Part shown: piece by piece, positions 23,055-34,343 of the stretch
Numbering within the stretch: the first letter of the stretch is position 1
Layout: every line of letters begins with the position of its first letter
Source of the DNA: a virus
Taxonomy: Duplodnaviria; Caudoviricetes
Virus record (IMG/VR): IMGVR_UViG_3300028832_000146
Span: 440 to 64,439 of that record
DNA: 64,000 nt
Strand: one strand, 5' to 3'
Translations under genes and position numbers: made by a program
Notes under the pieces: generated by a model
What the model was told of the DNA's origin: nothing
What the model saw: the letters and a program-made list of their open reading frames with translations, nothing else
Database searches by the model: none

Positions 23055-23133
23055 ACGTGCTTGCAGTTTTTCCTTGTTTATCTGTAAGCACGTATTTAAA
23101 ACAAGGATTCTTTAATTCTTAAACAAGGAAATC
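23055..23133 (+). promoter_or_regulatory. Conserved hairpin whose loop is complementary to the chaperone RBS
   Basis: Stem 23055-66/23082-93; loop TTTCCTTGTTT matches AAACAAGGAAA at 23121-31; same in B. Confidence 0.6.
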
Positions 23134-23424
23134 ATGAAAGTAACAATTAACGGTGCAGAAAAAGAAATCACCATTTCAAACGTTTATACAAGAAAAATTG
23201 ATCGTGAATACAATGATATTCTTCTCGATTGATTGAAAGCAACACCCCAGCAATTACAAGCTGGTGAAATTGAAATCGCAATTTCAAACGGACAAAAGGC
23301 AAACGATTATTTAATCGTTGCAATGACAAATTTAACGGCAGAAGAAGTTGATTGATTGACGGTTGAAGATTACGAAAAAGTTCTTGAAGCAGTAGAAAAG
23401 GCAAAAATACCCAGTAAAAAATAA
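23134..23424 (+). CDS. Tail assembly chaperone (gpG-like)
   Basis: 96 aa between the tube gene and TMP. Confidence 0.8.
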
Positions 23425-23659
23425 TGCTATTCTTGAACAATTCGCAAAAACATTACGTTCATGAAGTTGATTAACAAAAGAACACCGTGATTACATATTG
23501 ATTAAAGAATTATATCATTGCAAGCCGTCGGATTTAGACAATGAAAGTGAACATGTTCTTAATCTACACTTTGCAATGATCCAAGAAGAAAGAAAACGGG
23601 AACATATTCAAAGTGAAAGAGAAAAGCAAAAATCCAAAGTTTCATCACATAAAAAATAA
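23411..23659 (+). CDS. Chaperone extension (gpT-like), +1 frame, no own start codon
   Basis: Conserved ILIKELYHCKPSDLD in both units; stop-bounded just upstream; no early ATG. Confidence 0.75.
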
Positions 23660-23664
23660 TCCAC

Positions 23665-25686
23665 ATGGCAAGCACAGAATATAATTTAAAACTTAACATA
23701 TCGGCAAATAATCAAGCAAGCAAAGAGCTTGATAATGTTTCAAAATGAGTTTCGAAAATCGAAGAACAAGCAAGCAAATTGCAGAATTGATTTTCATGGT
23801 GAAAAAACACCGAAAAAACATTGAAACAAATCGGAGTAACAGCAACGGCAGTGGCTTGAAGTATGGCTTTGTTATGAAAAAGTTTTATTGACGCTTCAAT
23901 AGAAAACGAACCATTACAAAGATCATTTGAAAGATTATCACAAAGTGCATGAATTGCAAGTGATGAAATGTTAAAAGCAATGAGAAAAGCTTCAAAGTGA
24001 ACAGTTGCAGATACACAATTAATGGCACAAGCAAACAAAGCATATTCATTATGAGTTGTTTCAAACGTTGAAGATATGTCAACGATTATGGAAATTGCAC
24101 GTGTAAAAGGGCAAGCAATGTGAAGAACAATGGAAGAAGCTTTGGACGATATCGTAACATGATTATGAAGATGATCAGTTCAGATTTTGGACAATTTGTG
24201 AATCGTTATTAAACAAAGCGAAGCACAAGAAATGTATGCACAAATGCTTTGAAAAACTGTGGATCAATTAACAGAAGCAGAAAAAAAGCAAGCATTAACA
24301 AATGCAGTTGTTGCACAATGAAAAAAAGAGCTTGAAGAAGCTGGTGAAGTTCAAGAAACAATGCAAGAAAAATTGGCAAGAGTAAATGCACAACGGCAAA
24401 ATATGAAAAACACAATTTGAAATGCATTAATTCCAGTTGTTGATAAATTATTAAAGGCAGTTACACCAATTATTGAAAAGGTTGTCAATTGGATTGAAAA
24501 GAATCCAAAATTAACAGCAACAATAATGACCGTTGTTACAGCGGTTGCATGATTAATTGCGGTTGTTTCATGATTGGCTTTGGCTTTACCATGATTAATG
24601 ACGGCGTTTACAATGTTGAGTTGACCAATTGGGCGAATAATTGCATGAGTAACAGCATTATGAGTTGCATGGGCAACAAATTTTTGATGAATAAGAGAAA
24701 AAACGCAAGAAGTGGTTGATAAAATTTCGGAAATTGTAAAACCACGAATTGAAAAATTCCAAGCGTGGCGAAAAGAAAACGGCGAAACTGTAATTGAAAT
24801 ATTAAAAGTTTTACGGGACGCAGTTTGAAATATATTTAAAGCTTGACTTGATGTTATTGGTTGAATTCTTGAATGAGCATTCAAAACAATTGATATCATG
24901 ATGAAAATATTTTCATGAGATCGAGAATGAGCATGGAATGGAATTGTTGATTTAACAAAAAGCACACGGGAAACAATCCAAAAAGTAACGGAAGATTTAT
25001 TTTGACCATTGCTTGATTGGATCGCAGAAAAATTAACAAGTGCGTGGACATGGATTACTGAAAAGGTAACAGCAATTAAAGATTCCGTTGTTTGAATATT
25101 TACAGCATTATGGGAAGCTTTAAAATTGTGATTTGAATTCTGGATTGCTTTATTCACATGAGATTGGGAAAAAGTGGCAGAAATTTGAAACACAATGGCA
25201 CAGAATATTGATACAGCATTAACAAATGCATTCGGAACAATGCGGGAAAATATCAAAGGAAAATTCAGAGAATGAATTGATACGGTTCTTGGTTGGGTTG
25301 AAAGTTTTGTTGGTGCAATTGAATGAGTTGTTGAAAGAATCAAAAACGCATGGAATAACGTAAAAAGTGCGGCACAAAGTGTAGTTTCAAGTGCAAAATC
25401 AAAATATGATAGTGCGGTTGCTTCTTTGAAAAGTTTGGTTTCATGAAAAAAAGCTGGTTGATGACCAGTTGTAATGTGAAACACATATTTGGTTTGAGAA
25501 AAGTGACCAGAATTATTCGTTCCAAATACTTCATGAAAAATAATACCAAATAATGAAATTACAAACAACAATTGAATTACAATTAATATTTCATGAGTAA
25601 GTGTAAGAAATGACAATGATATTCAAGAATTAGCAAAAGAAATGATCAGACAAGTTAAACTCGAAAAGAATTTCTGAATTGCATAA
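23665..25686 (+). CDS. Tape measure protein, 673 aa
   Basis: Long helical ORF with Trp-periodic repeats; C-terminus shared with B. Confidence 0.88.
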
Positions 25687-25711
25687 AATTTATATCAAAG
25701 AATAAAATACA

Positions 25712-26545
25712 ATGGACAATATATTACTTAACAGCGGTTTATTATGAAGTTCACCATACAAGAAATCATGAAAAGGTGCAGATAGTGGAATGTTTATCTT
25801 TAATTGATACAACTTGCATAATTGAACAACAAGGCGTGTAATTAATTCAGATCATGATGATTTATGAAGCATTGCTTTTGAAACATACGATTACCCAAGA
25901 GCAGATTGATGAAACGCTTTGAGTAAATATTACAGAACAAAAACAATTACAATTACAATGAGTTTGTCAGCACCAACATGAGATTGATTAAACGATTTGA
26001 TTGATGAATTAAAATTCCAAACAAGCAAAACACAATGATATCTTGATATAATAATTAATTGACTTGTAAGAAGACGGGAAGCAACTTTAACATGATTGAG
26101 TTTCGGAAGACAAAATTATAATATAAATTTTTTGCAAGATGTAACATTAACGTTTAATTGCGTGAATCCATTGGCTTTCAATTTAACAAGTATTACTAAT
26201 ACATACCCATGAATCAGTGGTAATTATGCAACAGAAATTAATTACACGTGAAAAGTGAATTGTTACCCAACAATTTATTTAATCGTAAAAGCTGAAAGCG
26301 ATTTAAATTCATTCAGTATTGATATGAATTGATATGTTTTCACCGTTTCACAATCTTTATTACCATGAGATTTTATAATAATTGATTGAGAAACAAAACT
26401 TGTAAAATTGAACGGTAGCGTGATTCCATATAATTGACCATTCCCAGTAATTGAACCATGATTAAATCACATTGAAATAAATCTGAATTCATGAGCTTTG
26501 GCAAATTATGATATGACATTTATTTATAAAAAGTTCTTCTTGTAA
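25712..26545 (+). CDS. Distal tail protein (Dit-like)
   Basis: 277 aa after TMP; homolog at 59114. Confidence 0.7.
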
Positions 26546-27549
26546 TGAATAGATATGATATAAAAATTTACAGCAAAACATGAGTATATCAACAAACAAT
26601 TAATCCAAACGTTGTTATGAATGATATTTCTTTTTCAGAAAATACAAATTGATGACAATGACAATTGCAGTTAAACCTTGCATTGGCTTTTGGTGATACA
26701 ACATTTCATTGATGAGAATTAATCAAAGTGATCTTGTATAATGAAAGATACAAGCAAGGAAAACAAATTTATTTTTGATATGTAACGCAAATTTCAAGAA
26801 GATACGATGTGAATAAATGATATATTACGATTACATGTTTATGAATTGCAAGTTTATTAAATGCAGTTTTATTTACATGAAGTTATAATTGAACGGTTGA
26901 ATCAGTATTGAATGCAATAATTAGCGAATTCAACGATAATTATTCATGAAATTTAATTACAGTGTGACAAATTGATTCATATTCAGAAAATATAAGTGTT
27001 TCGTTTGATAATAATACAACATGTGCAAAAGCAATAAATACAGTAAATGATATTGCGAATTATTACTGGTTTATTGATTCTGAATGAAAGTTTAATTTCA
27101 GAGAAAAATTTACACAAACAAACCATATTGTTGCAAATCAACAAGTGGTTGAAAGTATGGATTTAAATTACGATATTGAACAAATTACAAATAGAATATA
27201 CGTTGAAAGAAAAGATTGAACCATAAAGGTTTATGAAAATACAGATTCACAAAACACATATTGAATCAAAGAAAGATATGATAAACAGCAAAACATAGTG
27301 GATCAAACAACGCAAGATGAATATTGAAATAATTATTTGGATCAATACGCAACACCAAAAAACGCAAGCACAATCGTAATAAATGCAGAATACGATATTG
27401 AATCAATAATTCCATGAGATACGATTACGGTGGTAAATACTGAATACAGTATAAAAAATTTGTTGATTGAAAAAATCAAATACACACCAACAAAAATTAC
27501 ATTAACACTTGAAGAAAGCGAAACATTGCGAAGTGTTATCAGTGATTAA
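26545..27549 (+). CDS. Tail hub protein (Tal-like, no lysin domain seen)
   Basis: 334 aa after Dit; homolog at 59947. Confidence 0.7.
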
Positions 27550-27580
27550 GTTGTTTTTTACTTTATATACATACAAAACA

Positions 27581-30010
27581 ATGACGTTTGTAAAATTCCA
27601 AAACAGTAATAATGCAAACAGCACCATGATTGCGGACATATCAGCAAGTGCAACAGCATTATTAATAAAAGATTGAGATCAATCTTTATTTCCAACCACA
27701 TTTCCATTTCTTTTAACACTTGAACATCTTGATTCAGATTGAAATGTAACTTTACGTGAAATCGTAAAAGCAACAGCAAGCAATCAGAATTCATATACAA
27801 TTGTTAGATGAGCTTGAACATGCGTTCAAGATGATACGGCTTCAAATAGAAGTCAAGATAATACAGCACACGCATTTTATGCTGGTGACAGAGTTTCACT
27901 TTATCGAACAGCAGAACAAGTAAAAGATATTCAAGATAAACTTGAAACAAGTGCAAATGATACAGCAATTGCAAGCGAATATGACAGCACAGCAACATAC
28001 GATGTTGATGATGTTGTTATGTATAAATGAGATCGTTATGTATGCAATACAGCCGTTTCGGTTGCAGAAGCTTTTGATTCAACAAAATGGACAAAAGTTT
28101 CAGTTCAATATGATCTTGATACAATGCAAACAGAAATTGACGATTTGGCAAGTCAAAGTGGTGCAAGTGATCATTTGGAAGATGAATGATTGGTTGGTTC
28201 TTATTATGAATTAACAGATACAATGTTTCGTCAATTAACAACAACATATGATAATGCAAGCGTTGACGCAAACGTTGGAGATGTAAACGCAAATACAGAA
28301 TTACATATTCAAAGGCAAGGTTCTTGAACAGCAAGCAACCAATTAAAATTAAAAGTAAAAATGTGATGATCACCAACAACAAGTTTAATTATTGAAGTAA
28401 GAAAATGAGTTTCAGTAATTAATACAAATAAAAAAACTTCATATTGGTATGGTGATTCAAATAATGTAATTGCAAGTGCAACATTACCATATACAACTTT
28501 TTCTTCAAGTTACCAAGAAATAACAGTTGCTTTGGACAATTCTTTTGGTTGAACTGAATGAGAATTGCTTGATATTGTGATTTATCAAGCAAATCACATC
28601 GTAAATGCAAGTAACTATTATGTTATTGCTTGCGATTCAACACAGCAATCAGACGCATTCCAATATTTGAAAATTGCAAATGATCTTGAAACAGTAAAAC
28701 AAAGTGGTGAAATTCCATATTGTGTTTCAGATTGATTCGCAAATATATTATTAACAAGAGTTACAACGGCTGGTGCGTATGCTTTACCAAGAAATTTAAA
28801 AACGCTTTGAGAAAAAGCAAAATTAACAACATTTTGAAGACATACGGATTGAGTTTGGCTTGATCATAAAGATGAATCAAACATCGAATATGTGCATGGT
28901 GGTTATAAAACATATACTGTTAAACGATCTGAAACTTCAACACCAACATCAGCATTCGTTGAATATGCAGATGACGCAGAATGATTAACACAATGAAGTT
29001 CAGATTTCGATACATTCTTTGGTTTCTCATGAGTAAGATTAACAGCTTCATGATTAGAATCATGAACAGTTGATTTAACAAGCATGAGTTCGCAAAGTGG
29101 TTTAACTTCATGAGATAACGTTATGGTAAAATTCCCAATACGTGGAATAAAAATGACAAAATCTTGAAGCACAGTTACACTTTCAATTACAAACAATCCA
29201 AATGCAGAAGATGAATGATTCCAATATTTCGCACATTCAAGATGAACATTATCAAATCCAATCAAGAAAAGTGCATTTTATCTTTGAGTTTATGAATGAA
29301 GTCTTTCAAGTTCAGTTTTAAAATCTCTTTCATGAGCAACCGTTGAAGCTTCACATACAATGCAAGAATTCATAAATTATGCACGTGCAAATGATAGCAA
29401 TGATTGAACGGCTTGATATGATATCGTTTGATTCTACCAAAGAATGTATATCAATGCATTATACATGATGAAATATTGTTCTTTGAATACACAATGAGTA
29501 ATTGGACAATGAATCGTTTCATGATCAAAGCAAGCTTCATGATGAAGTAATTCAATTGCATGAGTTACTGGTGGTGATACATCATGAACAACAAGTTACA
29601 TGAAATTATTCTGACTTGAAAACTGGTGGTGAAATGTTTCTGAATGGCTTGGTTGATTATGCACGGATTGAAGCAAGAATCTTTATACAGCTTTGAGTGG
29701 TTTTGTTGGAGATATTAAAACAACTTCACCATACGAAAACACTTGAACAACAATTTCACATTCATGATCATATTATTGTTTATCAAGTATTGCATGAAAT
29801 AATAAAGCAATGTTTGCACCGCTTGCAACAGTAAACAATTCAAATTACAACACATATTATAGCGATTATGCGCGTGTGGATGCTTTTTGTTTGGCTCATG
29901 CCGGTGGTAGTTATGGTGTTGGTGCTAATGCTGGTGCTTTCTATTTGACTGTGAATACTTCCGCTTCGAATTCGTATGCGAGTATCGGTTCTCGCTTAAT
30001 GTTCCTTTAA
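27581..30010 (+). CDS. Receptor-binding/tail fibre protein, DGR target, 809 aa
   Basis: Baseplate-anchor N-terminus, YDSTATYDVDDVVMYKG CBM-like motif, CLec-type LFGLENWWGNVSEW, C-terminal VR. Confidence 0.85.
29861..30010 (+). repeat. DGR variable repeat VR-A
   Basis: Aligns to 30406-30555 with 17 mismatches at TR adenines and 2 non-A mismatches before the IMH. Confidence 0.95.
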
Positions 30011-30036
30011 ACGAGCGATAGCGAAGTTCCCCTTTC

Positions 30037-30053
30037 CCGCCGTTTATCGGCGG
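30037..30053 (+). promoter_or_regulatory. GC-rich hairpin downstream of VR/IMH
   Basis: CCGCCG-TTTAT-CGGCGG; B has compensated CCGTCG/CGACGG at 63439-63454. Confidence 0.8.
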
Positions 30054-30104
30054 TCAACCACTTCAACTCTGCCGAAGGCTTTTACATCATGCAAATAAAA
30101 AAAT

Positions 30105-30284
30105 ATGAAAATAACGATCAATATTGAAAAAGAAGAAAAACAACCAATTGAATATGAATTGGATTGTTACGGTCAATGGAGTAAAACGGAATATTCGGAA
30201 GATGAAGTAATAATAAATATTCATGAAAAAGAAGAAGATAAACCAAAAACAAAATATGAAAACAAAAAAGGAATGGGGTATTAA
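30105..30284 (+). CDS. Small ORF between VR and TR (not Avd-like), 59 aa
   Basis: MKITINIEKEE..; positional counterpart at 63504. Confidence 0.55.
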   Translation: MKITINIEKEEKQPIEYELDCYGQWSKTEYSEDEVIINIHEKEEDKPKTKYENKKGMGY

Positions 30285-30405
30285 AGCCCCGTTCCTTTGG
30301 GTTATATGGTCGGAAGCGAGTATAAAATATAAACGTTTTCGCCTTTGTTGGCTATACAAAAAAGTGGACGAAACCATGTATAAGCTCAATGGGGTAAGTA
30401 ACAAA

Positions 30406-30555
30406 AGCGATAATGCGAATGTGAATGCTTCTCGTTTGGCTCATACCAGTGGTAATTATAGTAATGGTGCTAATGCTGGTGCTTTCTATTTGAATGTGAA
30501 TAATTCCACTTCGAATTCGAATACGAATATCGGTTCTCACTTAACGTTCTTTATA
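30406..30555 (+). repeat. DGR template repeat TR-A
   Basis: AAT-rich copy of VR-A, upstream of the RT. Confidence 0.95.
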
Positions 30556-30790
30556 AATTCCCTATTTTAATTCAAAACCTATGATGTGCTTGATTTTTCC
30601 CAAAAGGTGAAATCAAGATGTGTTAAATGATAGCTATATAACCCCGCCTCTTGGCGAAACATAAAATTACTGGGGAGATCGTATTGGTAATTATATTCAT
30701 ATAAACCACTTGGTATTAACAATGTTTATCACTAAATATAATGAATGTTCGATTGTAAAGGAACATTATAGGTAAAAAACAAAAGCATAA

Positions 30791-31903
30791 ATGAAAAGAT
30801 ACTGAAATATTTATGAAAAAATTTATGATCTTGATAATCTTAAAGAAGCACACAAACAAGCAAGAAAAGACAAACAATTATACAGAGAAGTGAAAATGGT
30901 AAATGCAAGCGAAGAATATTTCTTAAAGAAAATTCAAAAGCTTCTGAAAGAAAAGAAATATCATATTACAGCAAAAGATTATTCAGTTTCAATAATCCGA
31001 GACAAAACCAAATCAAGAGAATTACGAAAATTAAAATATTACCCGCACCGTATAATACAGCGGGCGATCATGCTTCAAATTGAAAAATACTTTATGCAAA
31101 TTTTCACAGATTTTACATGTGCAAGTATTAAATGAAGATGAATGAGCCACGTTATGGAATTAATGGATAAATACATGAGAGATGAAAAAGGAACGGCGTA
31201 TTGTTTGAAAATTGATATTTCCAAATTTTACCCGAACGTAAACCACAGAATTTTAAAGAAGTTATTAAGGAGAAAATTCAAAGATAAAGATTTATTGGAG
31301 CTTTTGGACATGATCATTGATTCTTTTCCATGAAAAAGGGGCTTGCCAATTTGAAGTTATTTATCCCAATTTCTCGCCAATTTTTATCTTTCATATTGCG
31401 ACCATTGGTTGAAGGAAAAAGTAAAATGCAAGTATGTTGTAAGGTATATGGACGACATTGTTATATTATGAAAAAGCAAAACATGGTTGAGATATGTTTT
31501 TCGTAGGTTAAAAGGTTATTTGGACGGTTGCTTGAATTTAAAAATAAAAGCCAATTATCAAATATTTCCAACTGGAGAAAGGGGTGTCGATTATGTTGGT
31601 TACAGATATTTTTACGGGTATAAATTATTGAGAAAGAGAACCGCCGAGAAATTCAAAAAGAAAGCATTGAAATTAAAAGAAAAACAAGACGCATGAATTA
31701 TGCGGAGTTATAGGGAATGGTGCAGTATGAACAGTTATATTTGACGAATGTGCCACTGTAATTCATACAGATTATACGAAAAATACATTGATCCAATAAT
31801 ACCGTCTTTGAATAGGTATTATTTTTATGAAATATGAAATGAAAACAAGAAAAAGACGAAAAAATATTACAAAAAATTAATAAAAAAGAAATGAATGGTG
31901 TAA
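30791..31903 (+). CDS. DGR reverse transcriptase, 370 aa
   Basis: RELWKLKYYPHRIIQWAIM, LKIDISKFY, GLPIGSYLSQ, RYMDD. Confidence 0.95.
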
Positions 31904-31916
31904 TACTTGCGAAAAC

Positions 31917-31948
31917 AAGCTTTGATATTTTGACATCGTGATTATATT
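31917..31948 (+). promoter_or_regulatory. Late-promoter-like motif, unit B lysis module
   Basis: Variant of 531-562. Confidence 0.6.
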
Positions 31949-31996
31949 ATATTTAAAGTTTGCTACAACTTATTTTAACCTTTTATGCATATGTAA

Positions 31997-32278
31997 ATGA
32001 AATTATCAGCAACAACAGAAAGCACATCAATTGCGGAATTAATAAACGATGACGCAGTGCTTGAAGCAATAGAAGCAAAGAGACAAGCCAACCAGCCAAT
32101 TGAAGTGGAAATTTCCGTTGGTTCGGGTGATTCAATATTTTTGGAAACAATAGACGATGAAGCTTCAACAACAGATTCTCTTGAAGTTACAAGTTCAATC
32201 AGATTTAAAACTTTTGATTTGTGACAAGTTTTCGTTATTGCTTCGGATTCAACAGACTTTTTTATTACACTTGTATAA
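31997..32278 (+). CDS. Conserved hypothetical protein
   Basis: Homolog of 599-883. Confidence 0.8.
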
Positions 32279-32287
32279 AATAAAAAT

Positions 32288-32524
32288 ATGGAAATTTGAG
32301 CAAATACAACTCTTTATGTAAGTTTATGAACAATTATCGCCGTTGCGTTTTTTCTTTGGAAATTATCCGCAAGTATTACCAAATTTCAAAAAGAAACAGA
32401 AATGCAACTTAAACAGCATGAAGAAAGATTGGATAAATTGGACAGCTTGGATTTGGACAGCAGATTAACGGAAATACAAACAAATTTAAAGCGAATAATG
32501 AAGAAAATGGAAGAAAGGAAATAA
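32288..32524 (+). CDS. XhlA/holin-like membrane protein
   Basis: Homolog of 885-1115. Confidence 0.6.
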
Positions 32525-32582
32525 AACGCCCGCATGGAATAAAAAACATTGCTAATTTTTATTTTGCTTCAATACTCACCTA

Positions 32583-32828
32583 ATGAAACGAATTACAAAA
32601 TTATCCGTCACCAAATTAACATTTTTAATAATTGTTTTGGAATTATGCTTTTTGGTTTCATATGCCGTTATTGTAAACGTGGAAAATGAAACATTGAAAA
32701 CAATATTAAATATATTCAGTTTTGCCGTAACTTCGATGATTTCTTTTTACTTTGGACAAAAAGTTGGAGAAATGAAGGAAGTGGACAGTTTAATAAAGGA
32801 AGAAACGGAAGAAGAAAACAAGATTTAA
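32583..32828 (+). CDS. Putative holin
   Basis: Two TM segments, SFYFG. Confidence 0.7.
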   Translation: MKRITKLSVTKLTFLIIVLELCFLVSYAVIVNVENETLKTILNIFSFAVTSMISFYFGQKVGEMKEVDSLIKEETEEENKI

Positions 32829-32957
32829 ACTTTACATATTAACATGTAAAGCATGAAAAAGTTTTGGATCATATTAATATTAATAATTGTTTTATGGCTT
32901 TTATTAACGTCAAAAGTGCGATAAAAACAAGGGTTTTTATCTCGCCAAAAAGAAAAT

Positions 32958-33236
32958 ATGAGCAAAAAAGAAATATTATATTCAAGACATCACCTTTTGC
33001 CAACAAGCCAGCATGGAGCAAATAACAGCACAAACGTTGAATTAATAAGGGATACCGCCCACAGAGCAATACATACATTATTTGAAAACAAAATGATTGC
33101 GGAACAATTAATAAGAACGGTTGAAATAAGCGAAAAAGCATTAAGGGAAGATGTAAAAGAACGGTTGCTTGAAACATTAACAAGCAAAAACATTTATGAT
33201 CCATACGAACGATATAAAGACAAAGTTATTCAGTAA
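32958..33236 (+). CDS. HNH-like protein
   Basis: SRHHLLPTS..NN..N..HRAIHTLF. Confidence 0.5.
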   Translation: MSKKEILYSRHHLLPTSQHGANNSTNVELIRDTAHRAIHTLFENKMIAEQLIRTVEISEKALREDVKERLLETLTSKNIYDPYERYKDKVIQ

Positions 33237-33260
33237 AATTTACTTTCTAATTATAAAAAC

Positions 33261-34124
33261 ATGGAAGAAATTATTTATGGTTGTTTGTGAATCGGTGAAG
33301 AAAACACTGATTATTTACTTTGTGACGGCGATATTGATTCATTGCCAAACCTTTATAAACAAAACGAAACAAGGTTTGAATACAACCAAGCAAATCAAAG
33401 CCGGAGTAAAGTTTCATGCACAATATTCAGTGCAATGGGTATGGTTTCAGATTTAATGGATTATGAATTTTCGCTTGATGAATTAAAAGAAGTTGACGAG
33501 CTTTCATATGGAAAATGAAGAATAAGGGGACAAGGTTGGTATGTTAAAAGTGCGGTTGATCTTGTTTGTAAATGGTGGAATGAAAAACACGGTGATTTAT
33601 GAAAAATTGCATATTACAGAATAAGCAAATTTTCAGAAAGGTTGGACGAAATATTGGAAAAGGGATATACAATAAACGGTAACTTTTGCCCAACTGGGGA
33701 ATATTCCGCAGATTACAGAAAAGACGCAATATTGGATTGATACGATTTCGGAACAAATAAAAACGGACACGCAATTGATATAATTTGGAACAATGGGAAA
33801 AGAAGCGTTAAAGATTCATACAAAGGAAGAAAAACGAGCGATTGAAAAAAAGATTGTAACAGATATGAATTAAAGCACAAAGTTTCAGAATTAACCAATT
33901 ATTGAACATGGTTTTATTTGTTTACAAAGGTTGCGGAAGATAACCTTGAAAGAGTAAAGGAATTAAACGAATTCAAAACATTAATATTACAAACAATTGA
34001 TAATAATAGCAAAATGCGACATTTAACGGAAGATACAACATATCAAAATAAATTACATACAATGAATGAAAGCAACCGTGCAAAACTGGAAGATATAAAC
34101 ATTCAATTAAAAAAGCTTTCATAA
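33261..34124 (+). CDS. Papain-like cysteine peptidase, candidate endolysin
   Basis: Homolog of 1945-2811 with the same Gln/Cys/His motifs. Confidence 0.65.
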
Positions 34125-34343
34125 AAAAATAAGATTTTGCATTTTGTAAGAAAAAAGATATATTACATGTGCAAGTGTGTAAGACAGAACCGCAAGTTCT
34201 GTTTTCTTTTTTATTCAAAAAATCAGTTGCACATCGTAAAATGTGCGATTTTATCTTGATTTCACTATTGACAAAAATTAAAATATATTTATTGCATAAG
34301 TAAAACGTAGAGCCAATATTATTTATTTGCTTTTATTTTTAAA

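Larger units (their letters stand above)
531..31903 (+). mobile_element. Phage unit A (siphovirus-like, HK97-type head, DGR-bearing)
   Basis: Complete ordered lysis-recombinase-replication-packaging-head-tail-DGR gene set; colinear with unit B at offsets of 31,384 to 33,400. Boundaries are by module, not by att sites. Confidence 0.9.

Noticed and set aside
24351-25616. 421-aa minus-strand ORF and the other minus-strand ORFs in the track (e.g. 17676-18263, 50096-50800)
   Set aside because: Antisense shadows of + strand genes (TMP, protease, head); no motifs and no independent conservation.
30223-30570. 115-aa ORF over TR-A (and 63776-63970) as avd
   Set aside because: It is the in-frame reading of the TR; the upstream part is not conserved between units and does not look like Avd.
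30791-31903. RT as group II intron, retron or Abi RT
   Set aside because: An adjacent TR/VR pair with adenine-specific mismatches, DGR-type RT motifs and short length identify it as a DGR.
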